Part shown: positions 8,490 to 17,505 of the stretch, in pieces | How positions within the stretch are numbered: position 1 is the first letter of the stretch | How the letters are laid out: every line of letters starts with the position of its first letter | Source of the DNA: a virus | Reading direction: 5' to 3' (one strand) | DNA: 64,000 bases | IMG/VR virus record: IMGVR_UViG_3300049582_000032 | Location: 37,661-101,660 of that record | Translations under genes and position numbers: made by a program | The notes under the pieces: model-generated | Told to the model about the DNA's origin: nothing | What the model saw: the letters and a program-made list of their open reading frames with translations, nothing else | Databases searched by the model: none

Positions 8490-8780
8490 CATAGGTATGT
8501 CATCCCTGAAACAAAGTCAATCATTTTCTGCGAGGAATGCGCGCGGATTTGCAACACGTTGTCTCGCTATGTTTCACCCTTGAGGTGAATGTAATGTTTC
8601 ATAGCTGGTGAAACATACGCTCCAAAAATCCCTTTAAAATCAACGGCGATTTTTTGCTCTTCTTACTCTAATACCCTTCCGGTCCCCCTACCAGCGCCGC
8701 ATCCCTATGTCGCTCCGTCCCGTCGCTCGTCGGGCGTAAAAGAATGCTCGCTCCGCTGCGCTTGTCTTGAAGGTAAAGAT
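8490..8780. other. Candidate replication origin
   Basis: Four TGAAACA/TGTTTCA half-sites (8507, 8570, 8595, 8609), including perfect ATGTTTCA-N7-TGAAACAT; then an AT-rich tract (about 8620-8675) and a CGCTC-rich segment; immediately upstream of repL. Confidence 0.5.
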
Positions 8781-8833
8781 CTCCACCAGCCCTCCCTTCC
8801 TCACCCTTCCCCAATCGCCATAGCAAAGAAGAG

Positions 8834-8863
8834 TTGACATCACCATCTGGCATATGGCACACT
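8834..8863 (+). promoter_or_regulatory. Putative sigma70 promoter
   Basis: AAGAGTTGACA-N18-CACACT; same extended -35 context as 13908, 14568 and 22531. Confidence 0.45.
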
Positions 8864-9222
8864 GACGGCCACATGAAATCTGGAGGACACGATGGCCGAC
8901 AAAAAATTAATCGCCAACTTGCTGGGTATGTCGCGGCTGCATTCTTGACATGAAGAAACGAGAGGTTATCCCAATCCCGTATGAGGATTATGATGGAACC
9001 GAGAGCGCCCAGGACATGAGGTCCGGTTTGTTGAATGAACTGAGGGTTTTCGGAGGCGGTCATGCCAGCATACCGGCAACTTTTGGAGGATCGCGCCCGG
9101 AGCCTGTGATAGCCTGTGTCTTTATCTTCAAGACTCCTTCTACTACTCGAAATGCCGGAAGTGGAGTTTGCACAGGCGTCTTTCCAATGAGCGGATCTTC
9201 TGATGGCAGATCTTCATATGAC

Positions 9223-9543
9223 ATGGAACGGAGAGGGTTTCGATATCGAGATGTCTTGGTCAGGGTAAGAGAATCGGACTACCTCGAAATAGAGCGGATC
9301 GCAAGCAATAAGGGCGTATCAAAGGGATATCTTATTCAGAAGGCCATAGAAGGGATTGCGTTGCAAGATCGTCATTTGAACAGAACTACCAAACCGCACG
9401 GCCTGCTTCCTGGGAAGAAAGAGCCGCTACACCGAGAAGTGTTCGGGGCAAACGGAAAACTCCTTCATGGGTTGCTGGCCGTGTGGCTCATTCTGATGCT
9501 GGCAGTCGGTACTGCCTTCATGTTCGGGTGGATACACTTCTAG
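9223..9543 (+). CDS. RHH/CopG-like DNA-binding protein with C-terminal TM helix
   Basis: VLVRVRESDYLEIERIASNKGVSKGYLIQKAIE; hydrophobic C-terminus. Start uncertain (frame is open from 8950). Confidence 0.6.
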   Translation: MERRGFRYRDVLVRVRESDYLEIERIASNKGVSKGYLIQKAIEGIALQDRHLNRTTKPHGLLPGKKEPLHREVFGANGKLLHGLLAVWLILMLAVGTAFMFGWIHF

Positions 9544-9558
9544 GCTCGCTAGGATCGA

Positions 9559-10599
9559 TCAGGATTGACGGGAAGCTAGTGACCCACCCCAGCGGTCGTT
9601 ACGCCCCCATACCGCCCTGCTGGCGCTTCTCATGAGCACCCTGACGATTGGCGGCGGTGGGGGAGCAACAACCTCGTCGAAGATGAACAGGGACTCTCTT
9701 CCGACTTGGCTACGGTACATTCCACCAAAGGTATGACCTACGTTCGGCACGGTCCATATATCATGGCTGCCAACGCCGACCTGCCTGACCAGATGGTTGA
9801 ACCACGCCTGCCCGCGTTCGAACCGATTGAAGCCTTGGAAGTTCGCTGCCGTAGAAGTGTCGAGGTCTGAGTCCTGTTCGATATCGTCCTCTCCAAGGAT
9901 CACATCGATGTCGCGTTCAGCATAATTAGTGATGATCTGGTTTGACCCGACAGCGCTCATGTAGCTGTTGAGGCTGAGCATCCCGTAGGCATAGCTGTTG
10001 TAGGTGCTCGCACTGACACCCGATGGTATGGCGAAATTGGTTGTGCTTCTGCCGACCGGCCTTTCCTGGGTGAGGTACATATACGAGCTTGGGTTTGCGA
10101 TCACGTACTTGATGGCGACACCGGCCCTTGGAGCAATGCCGCCGCCGCTATACCGTGCCGCGACCTGCCCTCCAGCGCTGTGGCCAGTCATGGTTATGCG
10201 TGTGAGATTTGGAAACTTGGCGATGTCCATAAGCTGGGTGACAAGGTAGTCAAGAACCGTGTATGAGGATGTGCTCCCGTTGACCGAAGTGTTCCCCTGC
10301 CGCCATGCGTTGGTCCAATAATGGTGCGTGGCTGTGTCGATGGAATGCGGGGCCATATCCTCATCTTCAAGGAACTGAGGCGAGATGACGGCTACATTCG
10401 TAGTGGATCGTCCTGTGTCCTCGACGCCATCAACGACGGCGTTCATGATGGACTCTGCTGTTTTGGAGGCCCCATGAACAACAATGATGCCATGCGTCAC
10501 AAGCGGATGTGTCCCGCTGATGGAGTGCGTTCTGGCGTATGGAAGCTGTCTTCCATTGACGGTGAAGCGGTATGGGGCAACCTCATCGACAACGGCCAT
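9559..10599 (-). CDS. Alpha/beta hydrolase (Ser-Asp-His)
   Basis: IVVHG oxyanion loop, GHSAGGQ nucleophile elbow, ANPSS, VPNVGH. Confidence 0.85.
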   Translation of the reverse strand: MAVVDEVAPYRFTVNGRQLPYARTHSISGTHPLVTHGIIVVHGASKTAESIMNAVVDGVEDTGRSTTNVAVISPQFLEDEDMAPHSIDTATHHYWTNAWRQGNTSVNGSTSSYTVLDYLVTQLMDIAKFPNLTRITMTGHSAGGQVAARYSGGGIAPRAGVAIKYVIANPSSYMYLTQERPVGRSTTNFAIPSGVSASTYNSYAYGMLSLNSYMSAVGSNQIITNYAERDIDVILGEDDIEQDSDLDTSTAANFQGFNRFERGQAWFNHLVRQVGVGSHDIWTVPNVGHTFGGMYRSQVGRESLFIFDEVVAPPPPPIVRVLMRSASRAVWGRNDRWGGSLASRQS

Positions 10600-10661
10600 C
10601 AGTTTTCCAGGCTTTCGTTTAGATGTTGCATTATATGGGCGTCTGGTGTATATGTATACGC

Positions 10662-11060
10662 ATGACGCGCAGATATTCCAAAAACGCCGGAGCAGTCTTC
10701 TCGCTCAAGTACCACATCGTCTGGTGCTCCAAGTACAGACGTGATGTTCTTGCGCCGCCTGTTGACGCTCGCCTCAAAGGGGTCATTGCTGACGTAACAG
10801 CAGAGCATGGTTGGATTATCCACGCATTGGAGGTCATGCCAGAGCATGTTCACCTGTTTGTGGAAGCCGACCCAGGGCTGTGTGTAGCCGAGATTGTCAA
10901 CCGTATCAAGGGAGCCAGCAGCCGGATATTGAGAGCAGAGTTCAGTTCTCTCCGAACAAGGCTCCCAACTTTGTGGAGCAGGAGCTACTTCGCAGCCACC
11001 ACTGGCAGTGTCTCCGATGATGCTATCAAACGTTACATTCAGACGCAGAAGGGCGTATGA
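10662..11060 (+). CDS. tnpA: IS200-family Y1 HUH transposase TnpA
   Basis: YHIVWCSKYRR, PEHVHL (HUH), LWSRSYF and IKRYI..Q. Confidence 0.95.
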   Translation: MTRRYSKNAGAVFSLKYHIVWCSKYRRDVLAPPVDARLKGVIADVTAEHGWIIHALEVMPEHVHLFVEADPGLCVAEIVNRIKGASSRILRAEFSSLRTRLPTLWSRSYFAATTGSVSDDAIKRYIQTQKGV

Positions 11061-12230
11061 ATGATACTCTCCTACAAGTTCAGGCTGTACCCAAACAGGG
11101 CTCAGGCGGTTGGCCTTACCGAAATGCTTGGCTCTCTGTGTGACCTCTACAACGCCGCTTTGCAACAACGAATCGAGGCATACCAGAGACAGGGGAAGAC
11201 CTTGCGATATGTCGAGCAATCTTCCGAACTGAAATCTGTGCGTGCCGTTGATGCCTGCCTTGGCAGCTTCAGTTTCAGCACAGAACAACAGGTATTGCGG
11301 CGTCTTGATAAGGCATTCAAGGCATTCTTCGGTCGTTTGAAGAAGGGTGGTAAGGCAGGGTTCCCAAGGTTCCGGGCGAAATCCATGTTCGATAGTGCTG
11401 AGATGCGCGTTGGTGACGGGCTCACAATCCGTAAGAGCAAGCGTCTCGGGATTGTTGGTATTCCGGGAGAGATCAAGGTTAAGTGGCACAGGAAACTGCC
11501 AGTGGAAGCAAAGCTCGGCGGGGCCGTTGTCTCCAGGTCTAATGGGCGCTGGTACATCTGCTTTCAGATCAAGCTGCCTGATATCACGATCACACGAAAC
11601 GGCCCCGCAATTGGTATCGATGTGGGCCTGTCGTCGCTGATTGCCACGTCGGATGGCGAGACGGTGGCCGCGCCGCGTTGGACCTGCAAGGCGGCGAAAA
11701 AGCAACGACGGCTTCAGCGTGCGCTCGCTCGTTGCCGCCGAAACAGCAGACGGAGATTGAAGGTCAAACGAAACCTCGCTCGGCATAGCGCCAGAGCCGC
11801 CAACCGCCGTCGCGACTTCCTGCATAAGCTCTCGCGGTCGCTGGTCGATCGCTATGCCGTGATCGCAATCGAAGATTTGAGCGTTGATCGATTGGCCCGG
11901 TCGATACTCGCAAAGTCTGTTCATGATGCCGCATGGGGCCAACTTCGGCAGTTCCTGACTTACAAGGCTGAAAGTGCCGGTTCGGAAGTGATTGCCGTCG
12001 ACCCGCGCGGGACCTCGCAACTGTGCTCGGAGTGTGGGTGTCACGTCCCGAAAACTCTTGCCGTTCGCTGGCACAACTGCCCGGAATGCGGATATTCCGC
12101 CGACCGGGATGTCAACGCTGCCCGAAACGTGCTTCTTCGAGCCAACCTTCTGCGGCCTGGAACGGGCCTTGGAGCGCAAAGCGTGCCGGGTGCGGCGAAG
12201 CTTGCTCCAGAAGCCGTCTGCTTTAGCTGA
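11061..12230 (+). CDS. tnpB: RNA-guided nuclease TnpB
   Basis: YKFRLYP; RuvC GIDVG, IAIEDL and DRDVNAA; zinc finger CSECG...CPECG. Confidence 0.95.
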   Translation: MILSYKFRLYPNRAQAVGLTEMLGSLCDLYNAALQQRIEAYQRQGKTLRYVEQSSELKSVRAVDACLGSFSFSTEQQVLRRLDKAFKAFFGRLKKGGKAGFPRFRAKSMFDSAEMRVGDGLTIRKSKRLGIVGIPGEIKVKWHRKLPVEAKLGGAVVSRSNGRWYICFQIKLPDITITRNGPAIGIDVGLSSLIATSDGETVAAPRWTCKAAKKQRRLQRALARCRRNSRRRLKVKRNLARHSARAANRRRDFLHKLSRSLVDRYAVIAIEDLSVDRLARSILAKSVHDAAWGQLRQFLTYKAESAGSEVIAVDPRGTSQLCSECGCHVPKTLAVRWHNCPECGYSADRDVNAARNVLLRANLLRPGTGLGAQSVPGAAKLAPEAVCFS

Positions 12231-12313
12231 CGGAGTGTTCACTTTGTTTTAATTCCCTCAAAAATCAGTGTACTATTACCATAGGCCGCTCATGGTCTGC
12301 AAGGGAGCTTTAG

Positions 12314-12640
12314 ATGGACATATGGGAGAAGGAGGCTGCGCTCTGGCAGCTTGGAGGAGGAAGAGAAAGCAAGCCGGGCAAGGTGGCGATGGAGTTTGCG
12401 TGGTATTCCGAGTCCCATCACAAGGAGTTGGCTAATCTCAATCCTCCTGGCGTTGTGTTCCTTGTCAGGGTGAACGGGCAAAGGAAGGCCGCAACCTTGA
12501 TCTCGAAAGATTCGGAGGCTGTAGAGCGGTACGGAAAACCTGACGCAAAGTACCAGGGGCGATTTCAACGACACATGGAATTCCCGGCTGCTGCGGATCA
12601 GGTGCCGATTGGGTTCGAGGGCAACGATCCCCCACCATAA
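12314..12640 (+). CDS. Hypothetical protein
   Basis: AGGGAG RBS, ATG start. Confidence 0.6.
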   Translation: MDIWEKEAALWQLGGGRESKPGKVAMEFAWYSESHHKELANLNPPGVVFLVRVNGQRKAATLISKDSEAVERYGKPDAKYQGRFQRHMEFPAAADQVPIGFEGNDPPP

Positions 12641-12767
12641 TCAACAATTGCAAAATCCTGTGCCATTTGCTACATTTTCCTGATCTCCAATCTGAAGAAA
12701 TCAGAACAAGGAAGCCAGGATGGCAATCTCTAGCAGGATTTTCACGTTCGATCATGGGGGAAACTCC

Positions 12768-13583
12768 ATGAAAATAAGTTACGATGGCACCCAGGATGTT
12801 CACACGCCCAACCAGCAGGACAAAACGGTGGTTATTGTCCAGCATGGCAACAGCAGGGACAGTGCTGGCATTGCAAGATCGGTAGAAAGATCCGCTCAGG
12901 AAGCCGGTGTCGATGCTGATGATTTCGCGGTGTTTTCCGTTGATTTCACCACATCATCCGACAAGAAGTCAGGCCAGCCGTATTGGACAAGCAGCGGATG
13001 GAAGGGTGGCGATCTTTCGGTGGATGCTTCCCCAGGTCCAAGGGTTTCGTCGTTCGATGTTATCAACGATCTCATTGCTGAAGTCTCCGAGAACTTCCCA
13101 GCCATGGAGAAGCTTGTCATCACAGGCCACAGCGCTGGCGGTCAGTTCGTCTCCCGCTACATTGGGGGTGCCGATCTCTCTTCCGTTCCAGCCGATGTTG
13201 ATGTCGATTTCATTGCCGCGAACCCCTCATCCTGGATGTGGCTCGACGAGAAGGTCCCCTACAAATACGGCTTGGATGATCTCAACAGCTACATGGCCAA
13301 GATCGGTGCGGATGGCATCGTGGATAATCTTCAGGAGCGTGGCCTTACCATCATGATCGGCACTGAGGACACGAGCCGTGTCAATGATCTGGACACGAGC
13401 CGCTATGCCGAGTTGCAGGGGCGAAATCGCTATGAGCGCGCTCAGAACTACGACGAGCACCTTGACGAGTATTTCAACGGTGCATCCAATCACGAGTATG
13501 TGGAGGTTCCTGGAGTTGGACACAGCCACGGCGGAATGTACCGTTCCTCAATTGGAGAGGATCTTCTTTGGGGAGATATGTAG
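12768..13583 (+). CDS. Alpha/beta hydrolase, paralog of 9559-10599
   Basis: IVQHG, GHSAGGQ, ANPSS, QGRNRYER and VPGVGHSHGGMYRS; GGGGG RBS before ATG 12768. Confidence 0.85.
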   Translation: MKISYDGTQDVHTPNQQDKTVVIVQHGNSRDSAGIARSVERSAQEAGVDADDFAVFSVDFTTSSDKKSGQPYWTSSGWKGGDLSVDASPGPRVSSFDVINDLIAEVSENFPAMEKLVITGHSAGGQFVSRYIGGADLSSVPADVDVDFIAANPSSWMWLDEKVPYKYGLDDLNSYMAKIGADGIVDNLQERGLTIMIGTEDTSRVNDLDTSRYAELQGRNRYERAQNYDEHLDEYFNGASNHEYVEVPGVGHSHGGMYRSSIGEDLLWGDM

Positions 13584-13648
13584 CAAGGAACCCCTGCACC
13601 TGATATGGTGTTTCCTCCAGAACAACTTTGGAGCAGGGACCAAGAGCC

Positions 13649-13822
13649 ATGAGCGAAGAGAAACAGAAAGACCCGCAAATCGAGGAGCTTGAGAAGGAAG
13701 TCCAAAAGTCGTACGAGCTTGGTGATGGACCAGACGAGGAAGAGAACGAGGTCCATAGGAATGAACAGGACAAGGACGTGACCGTGCCGGAAGAAGGCGT
13801 GCCAAGCCCAAGCGTTCGGTAG
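13649..13822 (+). CDS. Small very acidic protein
   Basis: 57 aa with 19 D/E; followed by a terminator. Confidence 0.55.
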   Translation: MSEEKQKDPQIEELEKEVQKSYELGDGPDEEENEVHRNEQDKDVTVPEEGVPSPSVR

Positions 13823-13850
13823 GTTTGTCTTGAAGTTGATGTAAGTTCCA

Positions 13851-13885
13851 AGCCCCGGCAGGTGACGCCCACTTGTCGGGGTTTT
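13851..13885 (+). terminator. Intrinsic terminator
   Basis: GCCCCGGCAGGTG/CACTTGTCGGGGT stem followed by a T tract. Confidence 0.75.
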
Positions 13886-13907
13886 CCATGCCTGCAACAA
13901 CAAAGAG

Positions 13908-13936
13908 TTGACCTGCCGCCCATTCTCCGGTATAGT
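13908..13936 (+). promoter_or_regulatory. Putative sigma70 promoter
   Basis: TTGACC-N17-TATAGT. Confidence 0.7.
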
Positions 13937-13966
13937 CGCCTTGGGGGTCGAAAGCTGGAGAAGACA

Positions 13967-14560
13967 ATGAAACGTGCCCTGATGTTGAGCGTTGCGGCTG
14001 TAGCGTTCTCGACGAGTTCCGTTGCCGCTGAAGTGTGCAATAGCAAGGTAAGGTCAGCCCCTGAGCATATCGTTCGGCTGGTCCACGAGATAGCGCCAAG
14101 GCATAACGTTGATCCTGGCCTCGTGTTGGCGATGATCTCTGTTGAGTCGGCCTTCGATCATAAGGCGGTGTCGCACAAGAACGCCCGTGGCCTGATGCAG
14201 ATTATCGGGGCTACGTTCGAGCGTTTCGGGACTGGCGATGTCTTCAATCCTCAAGACAACATCGGCGGTGGGGTCAGGTTCATGCGCTGGTTGCTGGATC
14301 GCTTCAAGGGTGACGTGTCCCTGGCATTGGCTGGTTACTCCGCAGGACCGGGGGCTGTGGCCAAACATGGTGGCATACCTCCATACAAAGAGACGATACA
14401 GTACGTCAGGAAGGTTCTGTCCAGGTATGGCTGCCCGATTGCTGTAGTGGCGATGCCAGAGCCGCAAGCCACACAGAATCCCGCCAAGGTTACTGAGATC
14501 AGCTACGTAAATCCATGGGAACCGGCTGGCCTCAGAAAACAAACAAGCGTGGGCTGGTAA
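13967..14560 (+). CDS. Exported lytic transglycosylase (SLT, VirB1-like)
   Basis: Signal peptide; VESAF, ARGLMQI, AGYSAGPGAV and ETIQYV motifs. Confidence 0.9.
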   Translation: MKRALMLSVAAVAFSTSSVAAEVCNSKVRSAPEHIVRLVHEIAPRHNVDPGLVLAMISVESAFDHKAVSHKNARGLMQIIGATFERFGTGDVFNPQDNIGGGVRFMRWLLDRFKGDVSLALAGYSAGPGAVAKHGGIPPYKETIQYVRKVLSRYGCPIAVVAMPEPQATQNPAKVTEISYVNPWEPAGLRKQTSVGW

Positions 14561-14567
14561 AGAAGAG

Positions 14568-14596
14568 TTGACACATATGATGCATCGATGTATGAT
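14568..14596 (+). promoter_or_regulatory. Putative sigma70 promoter
   Basis: TTGACA-N17-TATGAT. Confidence 0.75.
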
Positions 14597-14622
14597 GACT
14601 TTTGTTGGGTTGGAAAAGAGGT

Positions 14623-14886
14623 ATGGTGATGATCGCGGTAATCGACAATCTGGATCAGTACGATCACTTATACGAGTGGGCCACAAATGAGTATGGTCCT
14701 TCGATAGAAAGCGGAAAGACTGTCTGGAGCAATGCATTCTATGGGCCTCCAAAAGCAACAGACAGATACAGCGTCGATCAACTTACTCGTATTGGTATGG
14801 TTGGGGTTTATCGCAAGAGAGATGGAAAGCCACTTACCATTCTGAAATCAGAATTCTATGTCCTGAATAATCTGTTGGAGCGATAG
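14623..14886 (+). CDS. Hypothetical protein
   Basis: First ORF after the promoter; GAGG RBS. Confidence 0.6.
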   Translation: MVMIAVIDNLDQYDHLYEWATNEYGPSIESGKTVWSNAFYGPPKATDRYSVDQLTRIGMVGVYRKRDGKPLTILKSEFYVLNNLLER

Positions 14887-14890
14887 AGAT

Positions 14891-15289
14891 ATGTCTACGA
14901 TGCCTAAGCGTGTTCACTTTGATCCAATGGCCGATGGTGGGTGCCCGCAGTGCGAGTGGGTTGAAGACAATTTCGGGGTCCATTTGTTCAAGATGTGTGA
15001 ATTGCACCAGAAGATTGGTGAGCTGGAGGAAGAGAGGATTTTCGACAAACAGTGCTACGATATAATGAGTGATATGTTCAACAAGGTGTGCTCAATCCTT
15101 GATGTTGGTGAAGAGGAAGATGCTGCCGCTGTTGCCAGGGATCGAATGGAGGATATCAGATATCTTGATAAGATCTGCAAAAGGATTGATGCCATGAATC
15201 TATGGACCGCGATAAACTATCGTGAAGATGATGATAGGCTGGATTATTTAGAGAATTGTCCTGAAGCCCCTATAAAGGTGACAACATGA
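14891..15289 (+). CDS. Hypothetical protein (CxxC...CxxH N-terminus)
   Basis: Operon packing. Confidence 0.55.
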   Translation: MSTMPKRVHFDPMADGGCPQCEWVEDNFGVHLFKMCELHQKIGELEEERIFDKQCYDIMSDMFNKVCSILDVGEEEDAAAVARDRMEDIRYLDKICKRIDAMNLWTAINYREDDDRLDYLENCPEAPIKVTT

Positions 15290-15717
15290 AAGCAATCGAG
15301 AAAGCTGAGGCTGCAATGCGCGAGGCACATGACAAGCACAAGGATAAGTTCATCAACCCGTGGGAGTGGGCAACGCCGAACACTCAGAAGGTGATTTCTC
15401 ATGCGGATGTTGTGAAGCCGTTTGCGACGTTCACGGTCTTGGGTGTTTCAGAGAATGGGCGTGGTGGCAAGGCGGTTGCGGTTCATCATTCAAGGAAGCG
15501 CGATGAGGCAAGGGAGTATGTGCGACTTCAGCAAGAGCAAGGCGCGAAGCATGAGTTTTTCGGAAGAGCTTCCTTTGTCACGGTGCGCTCCAATTCCAGC
15601 ATTGCTGAGAGATACATGTCACAATTGCCGAAGGAGCAGGTCAAGCAGCAGGCGTCAGAGCCGAAGAGACAGCCAAAGGCTCATCGGAAGGAACAGCAGC
15701 TTACCATGGGGTTCTAG
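15286..15717 (+). CDS. Hypothetical protein
   Basis: ATGA-coupled; basic tail ending QQLTMGF. Confidence 0.6.
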   Translation: MKAIEKAEAAMREAHDKHKDKFINPWEWATPNTQKVISHADVVKPFATFTVLGVSENGRGGKAVAVHHSRKRDEAREYVRLQQEQGAKHEFFGRASFVTVRSNSSIAERYMSQLPKEQVKQQASEPKRQPKAHRKEQQLTMGF

Positions 15718-16466
15718 TGAACGACTTCCTCAAGTGGATTAATGATCCAGAGACACTTCATAACAACCGGAATAGGGTGGTTGATGCTGTCAGACCGGAG
15801 ATCCAGCACGCGGCATGGGTTCTGGATCTTCCGAAGGTAACGGCACAATCGAGGCCGGGGCGTTACCTTGCTGCCAGGGGGCTTTGGTTTGATGGCCGCT
15901 ATCCCAACGATCTGAGGATTGCCGGCAATGGCGACATGATTACTCTCCTTCGGGATCGTAATGGGTTGGTGTGCTCATATCAAAAAACTGTCCTCAAGGA
16001 GGGGCCGCTGGGATACCCCTACAAAGAAAAGTCAGTCATGATGAAGAACCCGGATGGATACAAGATTCCACGCGATGCCGCCATTCGTTTGGGGACTGCC
16101 TTTCGTGTTATGGGTGTTGGGGAAGGGACAGAAACAGCGCTGTCTGCCTTGAAGAGGTTCGGCGTTACGACATGGGCTCTTGGCGGCTCATCAAGGATGG
16201 AGATGTGGACGCCTCCTGTTGGGATTAAGGCGCTTCACATCTTCAAGGACAGGACGAGCGACAAGGAGCTTGAGAAGGCTAGAGCAATCGGTGGCATCTC
16301 TCCTGTTGACAAGGCGGCTCAGGTATTGAGAGGGCGTGCGCACAAGCTTGGGATAGCCGTTACGGTGCACGAGCCTGAGAGGGGTATAAGGCTGGATAAC
16401 GGCAGGCCAATCAGCGATTTCAATGATGTCTTGAGGAATGAAATGAGCATGGAGATGCAAAGATGA
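15717..16466 (+). CDS. TraC-like Toprim primase
   Basis: YLAARG, AIRLG, GVGEGTETALS, WALGGS, IFKD and SDFND motifs of plasmid/ICE Toprim_3 primases. Confidence 0.8.
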   Translation: MNDFLKWINDPETLHNNRNRVVDAVRPEIQHAAWVLDLPKVTAQSRPGRYLAARGLWFDGRYPNDLRIAGNGDMITLLRDRNGLVCSYQKTVLKEGPLGYPYKEKSVMMKNPDGYKIPRDAAIRLGTAFRVMGVGEGTETALSALKRFGVTTWALGGSSRMEMWTPPVGIKALHIFKDRTSDKELEKARAIGGISPVDKAAQVLRGRAHKLGIAVTVHEPERGIRLDNGRPISDFNDVLRNEMSMEMQR

Positions 16467-16732
16467 GTGAGTTCCAGAAGGCCCGAAAGGGAGCGAACAC
16501 CAACAATGCCACTGAAATTAACTACACTGCCACAAAGGAAGGTGCCGTACTCCACACGAAGGATGGTGATACCACAATCCCATTGAAGAAGCTTGGTGAG
16601 ATGTACACGAAGGCTTTGGAGTTGCATAGGGCTCATCTATCACAGGATAGGTCAAAGCTTGTAAAAGGAATTGATTTCAACAACAAAAGAGATTATGATC
16701 CAAATGAAATGAGGTATAACCGTAGTCGGTGA
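16463..16732 (+). CDS. Hypothetical protein
   Basis: ATGA-coupled to the primase; ends RYNRSR. Confidence 0.6.
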   Translation: MSEFQKARKGANTNNATEINYTATKEGAVLHTKDGDTTIPLKKLGEMYTKALELHRAHLSQDRSKLVKGIDFNNKRDYDPNEMRYNRSR

Positions 16733-16733
16733 T

Positions 16734-17249
16734 ATGCAGATCCCTGATGACATTCACGTATATGGAGACAAGAACTTCAGGGGTATGTGTCCTGAAGAAA
16801 AGCACGAGATAGCTTCATTCTTCCAGGAACTAAGGTTACGATATCCGGATCTTGCAAAGACAGCGTGCCATGTCCGCAATGAAGGTAAGCGCACCAGATG
16901 GGAAGCGTACAAGCATAAGAAAGAGGGTATGGTTCCGGGGATAGCTGACATAGTGATAGGGGGGATACCGACAGCTTTCATAGAACTCAAACGCAGAGAT
17001 CATACTCAGAGCAAGCTGCCTACAGGACAGATTGAGTGCCTAAGAGCGGCAAAAAGCCAGGGGTGTTTTGTTGCGATAGCCCTTGGTGCGGAAGCCGCAA
17101 TGAGGGCTGTAGAGCGATGGATGGCGTTATCTAAGAAGGTTGAGAACGTTCTTGCTCAGAACGGCCTGACGAAGGAGAACGGATATGGCTCCAGGGAAAA
17201 GAGAGAACAGACTAAGGTGGCGGATTTCTCCAGATCGCTCAACAGATGA
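16734..17249 (+). CDS. VRR-NUC domain nuclease (resolvase-like)
   Basis: HVRNEG, EGMVPGIADI and FIELK (PD-(D/E)xK). Confidence 0.85.
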   Translation: MQIPDDIHVYGDKNFRGMCPEEKHEIASFFQELRLRYPDLAKTACHVRNEGKRTRWEAYKHKKEGMVPGIADIVIGGIPTAFIELKRRDHTQSKLPTGQIECLRAAKSQGCFVAIALGAEAAMRAVERWMALSKKVENVLAQNGLTKENGYGSREKREQTKVADFSRSLNR

Positions 17250-17460
17250 CTACGCTGTGAACGAGAACGGGGAACCGGCATTTCTGGTTGAACTCAGCCC
17301 GTTCGATGGGTGGATTTTGCACGAGCCAAAGATGACGGAATACTGTGGTATGCGGATTATCGTATGGGAGCCTGTATGGGAGTGCGACAGGAAGGAACAG
17401 GCTATTCGGGAAGCCGATATCCGTCACAGGTGCAGAAAAAGTGTTGACGTGACGCCTTGA
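17185..17460 (+). CDS. Hypothetical protein
   Basis: GGAG RBS; overlaps the upstream gene. Confidence 0.5.
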   Translation: MAPGKRENRLRWRISPDRSTDDYAVNENGEPAFLVELSPFDGWILHEPKMTEYCGMRIIVWEPVWECDRKEQAIREADIRHRCRKSVDVTP

Positions 17461-17472
17461 GAATGGCATGAT
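17444..17472 (+). promoter_or_regulatory. Putative sigma70 promoter
   Basis: TTGACG-N17-CATGAT. Confidence 0.6.
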
Positions 17473-17505
17473 GACGGGCATTCAAGCAAGGACCGGGGTG
17501 AAACT

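Larger units (their letters stand above)
10620..12242 (+). mobile_element. IS200/IS605-family element (co-oriented tnpA-tnpB)
   Basis: Right end GAAG-CCGTCTGCTTTAGCTGACGG-AGTGTTCAC ending at 12242; left end not resolved. Confidence 0.85.

Noticed and set aside
8594-8616. Canonical parS site
   Set aside because: The half-sites match but the spacer is 7 bp instead of 2, and no ParA or CTPase-type ParB gene is visible in the window.
8668-9222. ORF 8668-9063 and the N-terminal extension of 8950-9543
   Set aside because: They overlap promoter and origin-like signals and show no protein-like features; the RHH domain begins near 9223.
10599-12242. 547-aa minus-strand ORF spanning the IS
   Set aside because: Antisense shadow of the clear tnpA and tnpB genes; no recognisable motifs.
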